DNA of 64,000 bases, taken from an uncultured bacterium (GTDB taxonomy: Bacteria > Krumholzibacteriota > Krumholzibacteriia > Krumholzibacteriales > Krumholzibacteriaceae). Positions within the stretch are counted from its first letter, which is position 1; each line of letters begins with the position of its first letter. A model generated the notes under the pieces. The model made no database searches. It worked only from the letters and a program-made list of their open reading frames with translations, and had not been told where the DNA came from. The position numbers were made by a program, and so were the translations under genes. The DNA is taken from NCBI GenBank assembly GCA_965371515.1, contig CBDUYR010000002.1:50203-114202 (forward strand). Reading direction: 5' to 3'. Positions 37,737-48,179 of the stretch are shown here, one piece after another.

Positions 37737-40444
37737 CCGTGTGCCTCCAGCCAGTCGGCGCCGGTACCGACATCTACCTTCAGTGGAACGTCGAGCTCCA
37801 GGGCGGCCTCCATCTTCTCCCTTACAAGCTCGATCACCCGCTCCTTCTCGCCGAGCGGCACGTCGAATACAAGTTCGTCGTGGACCTGGAGTACCATCCT
37901 GGCCCCCAGTCCTTCCTCCGTGATCGCGGCATCGATATCTATCATCGCTATCTTGATCATGTCGGCGGCCGTACCCTGTATCGGCATGTTCACCGCGATC
38001 CGTTCGGCGAAGCTCCTCAGCCTGCCGTCGCCCGAATCTATCTCGGGGAGCGGGCGGCGCCTTCCGAGCAGCGTCTCCGAATAGCCCTTCTCCCTGGCGC
38101 TCTCCTTGGAGCTCTCTATGAAATCCCTGATCCCCGGATATTTATCGAAGTACTCGTCGATGAATCCCTTTGCCTCGTCGAAGGGAATCCTCAGCTGCTG
38201 GGAAAGCGCCCTCGGGCCCTGCCCGTACATCACCCCGAAGTTGATCGTCTTCGCTCCCGAGCGCATCTCGTGCGTCACTTCTTCCTCTGCTACCCCGAAG
38301 ATCCTCGCCGCCGTGCGTGTGTGTATGTCGGCCTCTTCCCTGAAGGCAGCCACCAGTTCCGGATCTTTCGAGAGGTGCGCCATTATCCTCAACTCTATCT
38401 GCGAGTAGTCGGCGTCGACCAGTATATTGCCCTTCCGGGGCACGAAAGCCCCCCTGATCCGCCTCCCCATCTCTGTCCTGATCGGGATATTCTGCAGATT
38501 TGGATCGCTCGACGACAGGCGTCCGGTGGCCGTCACCGTCTGGTTGAACGATGTGTGTATCCTTCCCGTCTTTCCGCTGACCAGTTTCGGCAGTGCATCG
38601 ATATAGGTTCCGGCGAGCTTGGCAAGCTGCCTGTACTCGAGTATCAGGCCCGCAATCACGTTCTCTACCGCCAGTTCGGTAAGGACCCTGACGTCGGTCG
38701 ACCAGCCCGTCTTCGTCTTCCTCGACGAAGGCAGCCCCAGTTTCTCGAAGAGGATATGCTGTAGCTGCTTCCCCGAGTTGATATTAAACGTCTCGCCGGC
38801 AAGGGCGTAGATCTCACCGGTTAGCCTGTCGACCTCGGTGGCGACCTTCCCGGAAAGCGCCTTCAACCTCTTCGTGTAGACTCCCATCCCCTCGAGCTCC
38901 ATCCTCTTGAGGACGAAGCTCAGGGGCATCTCGATATCGGTGAAGAGCTTCCCCGCGTCGGTCCCTTCGAGGTCGGGCTCGAAGGACTCCCGCAGCCGGA
39001 GCGTAAAGTCGGCGTCCTCGCAGGCGTATTCTGTAAGCTTCCCGGGGGAGACCGTCCTGATATCCTTCGTCCGGTCGCCCTTCTCGAAGAGTTCCTTGTA
39101 AGGGATCATCCTGTGGCGGAAATAGTCCATCGCGAGGTTGTCGAGCGAATGCGAGCGCCTCGACGGATCGATGCAGTACGACGCTATCATCGTGTCCCAG
39201 GTCACGTTTCCAACGGGCAGCCCGTGTGCCTCCAGTACCTTCAGATCGTACTTTATATTGTGCCCGGTCTTCTCCGTCGCATCGCTTTCCAGGACCGGGC
39301 CGAGCACCTCCCTCACCTTCTCCAGCGGAATGCCCGGGGAATCTCCTTCAATGTCGAAGAGCCCCGTAGTTTCCATTTGCTCACGTGACTCCACGGGAAC
39401 GAAGAAGGCCCGTCCTTCCTCGCAGCAGAACGAGATCCCCACGAGTTCGGCCTCGAGAGGATCGAGAGACGTCGTCTCCGTATCCAGCGCGAAACCGCCC
39501 GCCTCGGTGAGGATGGAAGCAAGGTTCTGGAGACCCGCCTCGTCGACCATGCTGTAATCAGCCGATGAGGCCGAAACGCTCCGCCCGAGATCGAGCTCCT
39601 TTATCACCTGGTTGAACTCAAGATCGAGAAGCATGTCGAGAAGGGCCTCGTCGTCCCTCTCCCTCTTCCCGAGCTGGTCAATGGTGACATCGAGTGGTAC
39701 ATCGATCAGGGTCACAAGATCCCTCGACATCAGCGCGTCCTCTCTGCCCGCTTCTATCTTCCTTCGCACGTGGGCCGGCTCGATCTCCCCGCTCCTCTCG
39801 AATATAGCGTCCAGTGAGCCGAAATCCTGGAGGAGCTTCAGCGCCGTCTTCTCGCCTATCCCCTTCACTCCGGGTATGTTGTCCACGCTGTCCCCCATCA
39901 GGGCGAGCAGATCGACGATCTGGTCCGGCCGGAGACCGTATTTCCGCGCGACCATGTCGGGGCCCGACACGTCGGCAAGATTGGTTCCCTTGCCGGGACG
40001 GATGATCCTGACCCGGTCGGAGAGAAGCTGGAAGAGATCCTTGTCACCCGACACTATCCTCACGTCCATACCGCTCGTCTCGGCCTCACCGGCAAGAGTG
40101 GCGATAATGTCGTCCGCCTCGTAACCCGGCTTTACGACGACCGGTATCCCCATCGCCTCGAGCATCTCGACGATAACGGGAAACTGGGGGGACAGATCGT
40201 CAGGCATCTCCTCCCTGTTCGCCTTGTAGTCGGAGTATTCCCTGTGGCGCCCGGTCTCCTCTTCGCTGTCGAATACGCAGACTAGCATCTCCGGATCGTA
40301 GCGCTCGACAAGCTGCAGAACCGTCCGCAGGAATCCGTATACTGCGCTGGTGTTCTCTCCGCGCGAGTTCGTCAGCGGATTTCGTATGAATGCGAAATAC
40401 GACCTGTAGGCGATGGCGTGCCCGTCGATCAGGAATAGTGCCAT
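37733..40444 (-). CDS. polA: DNA polymerase I
   Basis: 903 aa with a 5'-3' exonuclease N-terminus, a 3'-5' exonuclease-like region and a family A polymerase core (RSGAKTINFGVMYGQGP; QVHDELVFD). Confidence 0.9.
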   Translation of the reverse strand: MALFLIDGHAIAYRSYFAFIRNPLTNSRGENTSAVYGFLRTVLQLVERYDPEMLVCVFDSEEETGRHREYSDYKANREEMPDDLSPQFPVIVEMLEAMGIPVVVKPGYEADDIIATLAGEAETSGMDVRIVSGDKDLFQLLSDRVRIIRPGKGTNLADVSGPDMVARKYGLRPDQIVDLLALMGDSVDNIPGVKGIGEKTALKLLQDFGSLDAIFERSGEIEPAHVRRKIEAGREDALMSRDLVTLIDVPLDVTIDQLGKRERDDEALLDMLLDLEFNQVIKELDLGRSVSASSADYSMVDEAGLQNLASILTEAGGFALDTETTSLDPLEAELVGISFCCEEGRAFFVPVESREQMETTGLFDIEGDSPGIPLEKVREVLGPVLESDATEKTGHNIKYDLKVLEAHGLPVGNVTWDTMIASYCIDPSRRSHSLDNLAMDYFRHRMIPYKELFEKGDRTKDIRTVSPGKLTEYACEDADFTLRLRESFEPDLEGTDAGKLFTDIEMPLSFVLKRMELEGMGVYTKRLKALSGKVATEVDRLTGEIYALAGETFNINSGKQLQHILFEKLGLPSSRKTKTGWSTDVRVLTELAVENVIAGLILEYRQLAKLAGTYIDALPKLVSGKTGRIHTSFNQTVTATGRLSSSDPNLQNIPIRTEMGRRIRGAFVPRKGNILVDADYSQIELRIMAHLSKDPELVAAFREEADIHTRTAARIFGVAEEEVTHEMRSGAKTINFGVMYGQGPRALSQQLRIPFDEAKGFIDEYFDKYPGIRDFIESSKESAREKGYSETLLGRRRPLPEIDSGDGRLRSFAERIAVNMPIQGTAADMIKIAMIDIDAAITEEGLGARMVLQVHDELVFDVPLGEKERVIELVREKMEAALELDVPLKVDVGTGADWLEAHG

Positions 40445-40459
40445 CCCTGCCCTCCATGG

Positions 40460-41053
40460 TCAGATGTCAGAATACAGTCCCCTGGTTTCTATATACCGCT
40501 CGACCGGTCCAGGCACGAGGTACCTGATCGTCCGTCCCTCCCGGACCCGGCTCCTTATCTCACTCGCGGAGATCGTGTTGGAGCCCGTCTCGAGGATTAT
40601 CACTGCCGCTCCGGCGGGAGGCGCGGGAAGATCGCCGCTGCCCGGACGTGTCATCGAGATTATCGTCGCGTTGTCGAATATCGCGTCGGGATTCCGCCAC
40701 TTCCCCATCTCCGAGAGGGAGTCGCTGCCTACGATCAGGTGAAGCCGCTCCCTGCCGTACCCGGCGTTCGAGTAATGAAGTACCGATTCCCATGTATAGG
40801 ATTGCCCTTCGGATCCCTCTATAAGGGAGAGCTCGAACAGTTCGTTCCCCTCGATTGCGAGGCGGACCATCGCGATGCGATCCTCGAAAGGTGAGAGCGT
40901 CCTGCCTGTCTTGTGCGGGGGTGCGGCTGTCGGCACGAAGAGTACCCTGTCCAGGCCGGCGAAATCAGCCGCCATCTGCGCGAGGATCAGGTGCCCGGTA
41001 TGCACAGGATCGAAAGACCCCCCGAACAGTCCTATCCTTTCTTCGTCAGCCAC
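40460..41053 (-). CDS. nadD: Nicotinate-nucleotide adenylyltransferase
   Basis: Starts GLFGGSFDPVHTGHL, an HxGH-type nucleotidyltransferase. 197 aa. Confidence 0.85.
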   Translation of the reverse strand: MADEERIGLFGGSFDPVHTGHLILAQMAADFAGLDRVLFVPTAAPPHKTGRTLSPFEDRIAMVRLAIEGNELFELSLIEGSEGQSYTWESVLHYSNAGYGRERLHLIVGSDSLSEMGKWRNPDAIFDNATIISMTRPGSGDLPAPPAGAAVIILETGSNTISASEIRSRVREGRTIRYLVPGPVERYIETRGLYSDI

Positions 41054-41861
41054 CAGAATTCTCTTTCGAAAGTTTCTTCAGCCGCGCCGAGGCCGATCTC
41101 TTCTCCGAGAAATCGTGCTTCGACCTTACGGCTCTGCTGTACGATTCCGCCGCTATGCCGTTCTCGCCATTCGCCTGCTGGATGTACCCGATGTAGTACC
41201 AGCTCCTGCCGGCCCACCGCGAATCGGGATACTGGTCGATTACTTTCCTGAAGTATATCTCCGCCGCACCGTAATGCTTCCTTTTGAAATATAACTTCGC
41301 GCTCTGATAGGCCTTCTTCCCGAGCACATCATGGATATCGTTCCGGACCTTAAGGGCCTCTTCCTTGCGCGGACTGTCGGGGAAAATATCGAGGAAACGT
41401 TCGATCCGGGCAAGAGCCTCGTACGAATGGGTCTGGTCCCTTTCTGCCCTTTGCGTCATCTCGAAGGCGCACATACCCTCGAGGAAAAAAGCGTCGTCGA
41501 CATACTCGCTGTATCCGTAATCCGCGATCAGTATCCTGTATTCGACGGAGGCGATGGCATACTCTCTGGCGCCCCTGTACGATTCTGCCAGCATGAACTG
41601 AGCGTAGTCGCCCCTCTCATCCCCGGCGAAGACGGCGAGGAAGTCCTTGTACTCCATCCCTGCCTGCGCATACTTCTTCCTCGCAAAGAAGTCGTCCGCG
41701 ATCCGCAGCTTCTCGTCGGGAACGTTTACACTGCGGGTCGAGTACGGCCCGCCGCATGAGACGAGCGCAGACGCGCACACGATCAGGACAGCCAGTCCCC
41801 TAACGGAGGTTTTTCTTTCTCTCCGCTTCAATCCTCTCGATCCTTTCCTTGGCCTTTTCAA
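41046..41861 (-). CDS. bamD: Outer membrane protein assembly factor BamD (YfiO-like TPR lipoprotein)
   Basis: Lipobox LVSCG and TPR-like helices. The annotated start overlaps the upstream TPR gene by 62 nt, so the true start may be a downstream TTG. Confidence 0.6.
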   Translation of the reverse strand: MKRPRKGSRGLKRRERKTSVRGLAVLIVCASALVSCGGPYSTRSVNVPDEKLRIADDFFARKKYAQAGMEYKDFLAVFAGDERGDYAQFMLAESYRGAREYAIASVEYRILIADYGYSEYVDDAFFLEGMCAFEMTQRAERDQTHSYEALARIERFLDIFPDSPRKEEALKVRNDIHDVLGKKAYQSAKLYFKRKHYGAAEIYFRKVIDQYPDSRWAGRSWYYIGYIQQANGENGIAAESYSRAVRSKHDFSEKRSASARLKKLSKENSGG

Positions 41862-42738
41862 CGAGCCTTCCGCTCGATCCGAGGTTAAGGTTCACGACTT
41901 CGGTGTAATAGCGCACGGCCATCGAGTAGTCCGCTCTCGATTCGTATATCTCCGCAAGCAGGAAGTTGGCCTTCTCCCTGACGAGCGGATTTCCCGCCGT
42001 CGCCGCCAGTTCGCCGAGGATCCGTTCGGCCTCTTCGGGCTCACCGCCCGACAGCATCTCCCTGCCCGAATCGAGAAGGAGATTCTCGAGCTTCCACTGT
42101 GCCGTGCTTCTCATCCTGCTCTCGGGATACCGGTCCTGAAACTCCCTGTAGAGCTGGATCGCCTCGAGAGTATCGCCGTACCCCTCGTACGCAGCTCCCA
42201 GATCCATCATAACTACCGCGGCGCCGGCCGTGTCGGGATATTGCCCGAGGAAGACGGTATAGTAATCTATCGCCCCCCGGTAGTCCTTCCTGTCGAGCAT
42301 CAGATCTCCGGCAATCCCGTTGAACCGGCCGAAATCGAGATCCTTCCCGTAGATCACCGCCTGGATGATGAACCGGCTTCCCTTCTTCACCAGTCCTTTT
42401 TCGAGATTCTCGAGTGCTTCGTCCCTCAGCACGCCGGCTATCATCGGGGCCCACGTCGAGTCGCTGCTGAACACCTCGGCGAAGCTGTCCGAGGCCTCGG
42501 CCTCTATATCGAGCTTCATATAAGATTTGCCTGTCAGGAAGAGGAGCTCAGGCGTACACTCGCCGCCCCGGCGAAAGTGAAGCCTCGTGATGAAAAGAGC
42601 CTCACGGAAGTTACCCTTCGCATATTCCTCCTCGGCCTGCTCGAACACTGTTTTATTTCCGCACGAGGCCGCGGCAGTGGTCATCATGGCAAGCCCGAGG
42701 CATGCGAGCCTTCTGAAGTGACGTCGGAAGACTATCAT
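41800..42738 (-). CDS. TPR-repeat lipoprotein
   Basis: Signal peptide with lipobox (AAASCG), followed by multiple TPR-like repeats. Confidence 0.5.
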   Translation of the reverse strand: MIVFRRHFRRLACLGLAMMTTAAASCGNKTVFEQAEEEYAKGNFREALFITRLHFRRGGECTPELLFLTGKSYMKLDIEAEASDSFAEVFSSDSTWAPMIAGVLRDEALENLEKGLVKKGSRFIIQAVIYGKDLDFGRFNGIAGDLMLDRKDYRGAIDYYTVFLGQYPDTAGAAVVMMDLGAAYEGYGDTLEAIQLYREFQDRYPESRMRSTAQWKLENLLLDSGREMLSGGEPEEAERILGELAATAGNPLVREKANFLLAEIYESRADYSMAVRYYTEVVNLNLGSSGRLVEKAKERIERIEAERKKNLR

Positions 42739-42750
42739 CCGCCTCCCGGT

Positions 42751-43440
42751 TCAGTTGGAATCCTGATTTGAGAAGAACAGGTATACCAGGCCCACGACGA
42801 TCCCGGTGACGATGACAGGTTCGACGAACCTGCCCCACCGGATCTCGTCTCTGACCGGCATGGTGAAATCGTGCGCGGGATCCTCTACGCGTTCAAGCAG
42901 CGAATACGCAATCCTGTCCTCGTACTTCTTTTGTGACTCTCCGACCCAGACGATCTCGCCTGTAGCGGAATCGAGCAGTTTGGCGAATATGCCCACTTCG
43001 GCAAGCCTTTCGACCTCTTTCGCCCCGACCCAGTAACTCCGGCCGATGTCCGGGTACTTTATGGAGTAACTTATGATCTGGTAGGAAAACACGTATTCGG
43101 AGACCGCCTCCTGCTCAGTGTCCGCGGTCTTGGAGGCGATTCGAAGACCTGCTTTCGTCATCTTCCTGACCAGTTCGTTCTCGAAGACGTTGTCGATGCC
43201 TGAGCTGATTCCCCCCTCTTTTCTGATAAGAAGGATGGTCTCTCTGGCGATCGAGGGCATGTTGCTGGTCAGTTCATCGAGAGCCTCACCGGCTATCTTC
43301 TCAAGGACCTCGTAGTTCGTTATCGTGTTTTCGCCGGTCCCATTGGGAGAGCTTACTGCAGGAAATGTCGTTATCAAAATGGCCAGACACAATATCGCTG
43401 CCATCCTGGCCAGAAATTTTTCGTCTCTGAAGCGATTCAC
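42751..43440 (-). CDS. Hypothetical exported protein with a C-terminal TM helix
   Basis: N-terminal signal (LARMAAILCLAILITTFPAVSS) and a C-terminal hydrophobic segment. No recognisable family. Confidence 0.45.
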   Translation of the reverse strand: MNRFRDEKFLARMAAILCLAILITTFPAVSSPNGTGENTITNYEVLEKIAGEALDELTSNMPSIARETILLIRKEGGISSGIDNVFENELVRKMTKAGLRIASKTADTEQEAVSEYVFSYQIISYSIKYPDIGRSYWVGAKEVERLAEVGIFAKLLDSATGEIVWVGESQKKYEDRIAYSLLERVEDPAHDFTMPVRDEIRWGRFVEPVIVTGIVVGLVYLFFSNQDSN

Positions 43441-43539
43441 GAAATACCTCCAATAGGGGCGTCCCGATCTGTTTATAAACGATACAGGCCGGAAAATTCC
43501 ACCTTAACGCAGAAATAATCAGCATTTACGGAGTCAATG

Positions 43540-44889
43540 TCAAATGAAATCTCCGGCGGGCCGGGCGAAAAGGTCGTACGCTTCGGATCGTTCCACGACG
43601 GCCCTTCCGATCGTCCCCGGAAGTGGTCCTGAACCCGCAAGCCAGGTTATCCCGTCGATCTCGGGAGCCTGTCCGTACCACCGTCCCGACACGGCCGTTT
43701 CCGTCCGGGTATCGACGAGCACATCTATTTCTCTCCCCTCCATTTCGGCGAGGATATCGGCGGAAATGTCGAATTGAAGCGAAGCGAGTTCCTCGAGCCT
43801 CTCGCTTACAACCTCGTCCGGCACCCGGTCATCGAGACGCGAGGCGGGCGTACCGCGCTCCGGCGACCACCTGAATATACCAGCGTGGTCGAACCTGTAC
43901 TCATCGATAAAGTCGACGAGGCGCCCGAAATCCTCTGCGGACTCGCCGGGGAATCCGGTCATCAGGGTCGTGCGTATCACGAGGTCCTCTACCGAGGATC
44001 TGAGGGTATCAAACATCCTGCGCAGGTCCCTCTCCGTATAACCTCTCCCCATCCGTAAGAGGACGGGGTCCGATACGTGCTGGATGGGGATATCGAGGTA
44101 CGGTATCACCTTCGTCGACCTGATGATCCCGGAGAGATTCTCCGCATCGACACGCGCCGGATGGAGATACATGAGCCTTATCCAGTCGAGGCCGCCGATA
44201 TCTGATATGTCTTCGAGAAGCGCCGGGAGGTCCTCACCGCTTCCCGTGTCTGTGCCCCAGGCGGTCGTATCCTGCGCGATGACGATCAGTTCCCTGACTC
44301 CTGCCCGAGCGAGCCGGGAAACCTCTTCCAGAATCCCTTCCCGCTTGCGGCTTGCCAGATCTCCCCTTATAGACGGGATCGTGCAGTAGCTGCACCTGTT
44401 CGAGCACCCCTCGGATATCTTCAGGTAGGCGGAGTGCGGCGGAGTGAACAGCCTCCTTCCCGCCTCCCCCGGGACCGGACCGGCCACGGCGTCAGCCAGG
44501 CCGTCCATCGACTCAACGTCGAGAAATATATCAACCTCGGGCATGAGACCCTCGAGTCTCGCGCCCTCCCTGGTGACAAGACATCCCAGCACCGCGAGGA
44601 GCTGCCAGTCCTCCCTCGCGGCGGCGATCTCCAGGATCTGCTCCACCGATTCCTCTTCCGCCGCCTCGATGAAGGCACAGGTAGTCACGACGAGCAGCCC
44701 TGCCCCGGCTGGATCGACTGCCTCGGACCATCCCGCCGCCTCGAGGCGGGCCGCGACCCTTTCCGCATCCACCAGATTCTTGGGACAACCGAGATTGTAG
44801 AAATGGTAGGTCGCCGGACGGTCGATGTTATCTGCTTCCTTCGTATTCTTCACGACTGATGAGGACTTCCCGGGCCTTGCTGCCTTCAA
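43540..44889 (-). CDS. rimO: Ribosomal protein S12 methylthiotransferase (radical SAM MTTase)
   Basis: MTTase N-domain (YHFYNLGCPKN), radical SAM motif (YLKISEGCSNRCSYCTIPSIRG) and a C-terminal TRAM-like domain. The annotated start overlaps the ftsK 3' end, so the true start is uncertain. Confidence 0.8.
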   Translation of the reverse strand: MKAARPGKSSSVVKNTKEADNIDRPATYHFYNLGCPKNLVDAERVAARLEAAGWSEAVDPAGAGLLVVTTCAFIEAAEEESVEQILEIAAAREDWQLLAVLGCLVTREGARLEGLMPEVDIFLDVESMDGLADAVAGPVPGEAGRRLFTPPHSAYLKISEGCSNRCSYCTIPSIRGDLASRKREGILEEVSRLARAGVRELIVIAQDTTAWGTDTGSGEDLPALLEDISDIGGLDWIRLMYLHPARVDAENLSGIIRSTKVIPYLDIPIQHVSDPVLLRMGRGYTERDLRRMFDTLRSSVEDLVIRTTLMTGFPGESAEDFGRLVDFIDEYRFDHAGIFRWSPERGTPASRLDDRVPDEVVSERLEELASLQFDISADILAEMEGREIDVLVDTRTETAVSGRWYGQAPEIDGITWLAGSGPLPGTIGRAVVERSEAYDLFARPAGDFI

Positions 44890-47005
44890 AGGGGCCGACT
44901 ACACCCGACTGTTCGAGCATGTCGATCAGCCTCGCCGCGCGGGCATAACCGACGCGGAGACGGCGCTGGATCAGCGAAATCGAGCCCTGCTGGTGAATAA
45001 TGACGAGCTCCCGCGCCTTTTCGAAGAGATCGTCGTCCACGTCGACGTCTTCCGAGTCTTCGCTCGCGGCCTTCTCTGAGAGGTCGATCTCCGCGCCCGG
45101 CCTGCCGAAATCCTTCCAGTAATCTGCGACGTTCTCCGCTTCCCTCTCTGAAATATAGGCGCCCTGGACCCGAACCGGCGAGGGGAGGTTCTTGGGCAGG
45201 TATAGCATGTCGCCATTGCCAAGCAGGGTCTCGGCGCCGTTCACGTCGAGGATCGTGCGCGAGTCGGTCTTCGATGTGACCTGGAAGGCTATCCTCGTCG
45301 GGAAGTTTGCCTTGATAAGGCCGGTTACCACATCTACCGAAGGCCTCTGCGTAGCGAATACCAGATGGATGCCTACGGCCCTGGCCATCTGGGAGAGCCT
45401 CGTGATAGGCGGGTATATCTCGTTGCCGAGCGAGACCATGAGGTCGGCCAGCTCGTCAATGATCGTCACGTAATAGGGCAGCCGGGTGAGCACCTCTTCC
45501 GTCTCCGGATGGTGGAGCTCTTCTGATTCGACTTTCCTGTTGAAGCTCTTGATGTTCTTTACCCCTAACTGGGCGAGGAGCCTGTATCGCCTGTCCATCT
45601 CTATGGTGAGCCAGTTGAGTACCTTCAGCGTCGGCCTCGCCTCTGTTATCACCGGATGGAGGAGGTGCGGAATATCGTTGTAAGTGATCAGCTCCAGCCG
45701 CTTGGGATCAACGAGTATGAACCTGCAGGTCGCCGGTGTGTGCGTGAAGAGAAGCGAGCAGATGATCGAATTGATGCAGACGCTCTTCCCGCTCCCCGTC
45801 GCGCCGGCGATGAGGAGATGAGGCATGTCGGCGATGTCGGCATAGTACGGCTCGCCTGTAACTGTCTTCCCGAGGACTACGGTCAGCCCATCTCGCCCCT
45901 CGGGGAAGAGCTCCATCATCTCCTTGAGAAGGACGAGCTTCGGCTCGGGGTTTGGGACCTCTATGCCGACGGCGCTCTTTCCCGGTATAGGCGCCTGTAT
46001 CCTCAATGACCTCGCGGCAAGGGCCAGTGACAGGTCATCAGCCCTGTTGGCGATCTGGCTCACCCTGACTCCGGCCGCGGGTACGTACTCGAAGGTCGTC
46101 ACGACAGGGCCTGGAAGCACCTTCTGGACCTTGCCCTTGAGGCCGTAGTCGAGAAGTTTCTCCTCGATCATCTCCGACCTCGCGATGAGGTCTTCCCTGC
46201 TGAACGTCACGGAGGACTCGTCGTAGTCGTCGAGCAGCGAAAGGTCAGGCAGCGGCGCGTTGTCGGCCGGTGTGGCCGCGGCGCCGGAAGGTCCCGGAGA
46301 TCCTTCGGCTTTCTCTGTCGTTTTCCTGGTTTTCGGAGCTCGAGGCCGACTCTCCGGGATATCGATGTATACCGGTTCTTCCTCGATATACGGCTCGGGC
46401 TCCCCGATCTCCTGTATCTCGGGCCCGGCAGCCGCCTTTTTCCTCTTCCTGTTTTTTGAACGCGGCTTTGCCGTCCTGCCGCCTCGGCTCAGCAGGGGGA
46501 ACGAGGGCTTCGGGATTCTCAGACCTCCGGATCTCTCGACGGCGGTCCTGATGCGTCCGAAGAAGAGCGTAACGAGGGTGACGAGTAGTGCCGCGAAGAG
46601 AATCAGTATCGAGCCGGTCCTGCCGAGCAACAGTTCGAGAAATCCGAGCATCCCGGTCCCGGCAGCTCCCGCCGCTTCCCGCGCCCCGAAACCGGCAGTC
46701 ATCGCCGACAGGATCATTGTCAACAACGCTCCCGATATGACGACGCGCTTCCTTTCCGAGAGGGCGCGTCCCGAAACGGTCAGCAGCCCCGTATAGAGGA
46801 GAACAAGCGGGACGATCCATGCAAATACCGATCCGAGGGACCATCTGAGCGAGATCACGAGCGTGGCCCCCACCGGTCCGCACCTGTTTCGTACGTTCAT
46901 GTCGAACGCATTGTCCTCGCTGTCATGTGACTGCAGCGCGGCCCCGACATAGATCGCAGCAACTATGAGGATCAGGCCGACCGCTATCTTTTTCTTCCCT
47001 GGCAC
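44828..47005 (-). CDS. ftsK: DNA translocase FtsK
   Basis: N-terminal TM helices, a Pro/Lys-rich linker, and a FtsK/SpoIIIE motor with Walker A (GATGSGKS) and a winged-helix gamma domain. Confidence 0.9.
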   Translation of the reverse strand: MPGKKKIAVGLILIVAAIYVGAALQSHDSEDNAFDMNVRNRCGPVGATLVISLRWSLGSVFAWIVPLVLLYTGLLTVSGRALSERKRVVISGALLTMILSAMTAGFGAREAAGAAGTGMLGFLELLLGRTGSILILFAALLVTLVTLFFGRIRTAVERSGGLRIPKPSFPLLSRGGRTAKPRSKNRKRKKAAAGPEIQEIGEPEPYIEEEPVYIDIPESRPRAPKTRKTTEKAEGSPGPSGAAATPADNAPLPDLSLLDDYDESSVTFSREDLIARSEMIEEKLLDYGLKGKVQKVLPGPVVTTFEYVPAAGVRVSQIANRADDLSLALAARSLRIQAPIPGKSAVGIEVPNPEPKLVLLKEMMELFPEGRDGLTVVLGKTVTGEPYYADIADMPHLLIAGATGSGKSVCINSIICSLLFTHTPATCRFILVDPKRLELITYNDIPHLLHPVITEARPTLKVLNWLTIEMDRRYRLLAQLGVKNIKSFNRKVESEELHHPETEEVLTRLPYYVTIIDELADLMVSLGNEIYPPITRLSQMARAVGIHLVFATQRPSVDVVTGLIKANFPTRIAFQVTSKTDSRTILDVNGAETLLGNGDMLYLPKNLPSPVRVQGAYISEREAENVADYWKDFGRPGAEIDLSEKAASEDSEDVDVDDDLFEKARELVIIHQQGSISLIQRRLRVGYARAARLIDMLEQSGVVGPFEGSKAREVLISREEYEGSR

Positions 47006-47070
47006 CCTGGCTCCATCGATGTAAAAGACAGAATCACTGGAAGCTGCCGCCGCTCACATAAACCTTTTTC

Positions 47071-48150
47071 TCAAGCGTCAGCCTTTTCTTTCCTTTTTCT
47101 ATCAATGATCTCCCGGAAGGTAAAGCAGTTTTTAACCGGATCGCCTGTCAGGACAGCCGAGATGACAGCAAGCCCGTCCGCCCCAGCGTCGAGGACGCTG
47201 CGGGCGTTCTCCGGCCCTATTCCGCCTATCGCGACTATCGGAAGGCCTGTCGAACGCCTGGCCGACGCGAGTGCATCGAGCCCCACGGCAATCTCATCGC
47301 CCTTCGTAAAAGTCGGGAAAACCGCCCCCACGGCGACATAATCGAGAACATCTACAGGAGCCGCGGCGATGTCTCCGGGCGAGCGCACGCTAAGCCCGAT
47401 GATTCGCGCGGGACCCAGCATCGCCCTGGCCTCGGAAGGATCGGCGTCGGACGAACCCAGATGGACCCCTCCCGCCCCGGTCTCGGCTGCCAGCTCGGGG
47501 AGATCGTTGACAATGAGGGGGATACCTGCCTTCTCCGCTATTGGTATGACTGCAGCGAGATCGCGCCGCATGGCGGAGACGGAGATATCCTTCGCCCTGT
47601 ACTGGATCATGCCGCTCCCGCCCTCGACGAGTGCGGCGGCCGCGCCTGCCACTTCGCCTTCCGCCACGATCGACCTGTCGATGAATGTGTATAGGAAAGG
47701 AAGTTCCGGAAAGGGCCGGTCCGGCGTACCGGCCGCCACGAAAACCTTCTCCAGCTCATAGACCCTGAATCGCAGGCCCTTCGCTATCCGTGCCCCGTCG
47801 GGACTGACGAGCTTGCCGAATTCCTCGATCACCCTCAGTCCCTCTTCCGCCCTGAAGAAATTGGCTCGTGCCGTTCCGGCCAGCGATTCCCGCCTCTCTT
47901 CAGACGGTGTGGAGAACTTTCCCCCCACATCCCCGGCGCTGTCGCGGAAACGGGTCGTGTCGGACGAAAACATGCCGGAAAGCGCCCTTATCTCGTGCCG
48001 GAGCTCCTTGGCAATCCTCGTCAATCCCTCAGCCCCAAAGACAAACCTGGCAATCTCCTCGACGACCCTGATACCCTCGGCGCACCTGTTGATGTTGGCA
48101 TCGATTATCCTCAGAACGACGGCATCGTTTTCGGGGTGATTATCGAGCAT
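47071..48150 (-). CDS. thiE: Thiamine-phosphate synthase with an N-terminal extension of unknown function
   Basis: The C-terminal ~210 aa match ThiE (GGVHLGSSD ... IGLSVRSPGD ... AVGAVFPTFTK ... IVAIGGIG). The N-terminal ~140 aa (LRIIDANINRCAEGIRVVEEIARFV) is not assigned. The start was set at the internal Met (48150), because the upstream Arg-rich stretch is unlikely to be coding. Confidence 0.7.
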   Translation of the reverse strand: MLDNHPENDAVVLRIIDANINRCAEGIRVVEEIARFVFGAEGLTRIAKELRHEIRALSGMFSSDTTRFRDSAGDVGGKFSTPSEERRESLAGTARANFFRAEEGLRVIEEFGKLVSPDGARIAKGLRFRVYELEKVFVAAGTPDRPFPELPFLYTFIDRSIVAEGEVAGAAAALVEGGSGMIQYRAKDISVSAMRRDLAAVIPIAEKAGIPLIVNDLPELAAETGAGGVHLGSSDADPSEARAMLGPARIIGLSVRSPGDIAAAPVDVLDYVAVGAVFPTFTKGDEIAVGLDALASARRSTGLPIVAIGGIGPENARSVLDAGADGLAVISAVLTGDPVKNCFTFREIIDRKRKEKADA

Positions 48151-48179
48151 GGCGATTCTTCCTGGAAAAATCCCCGGAA

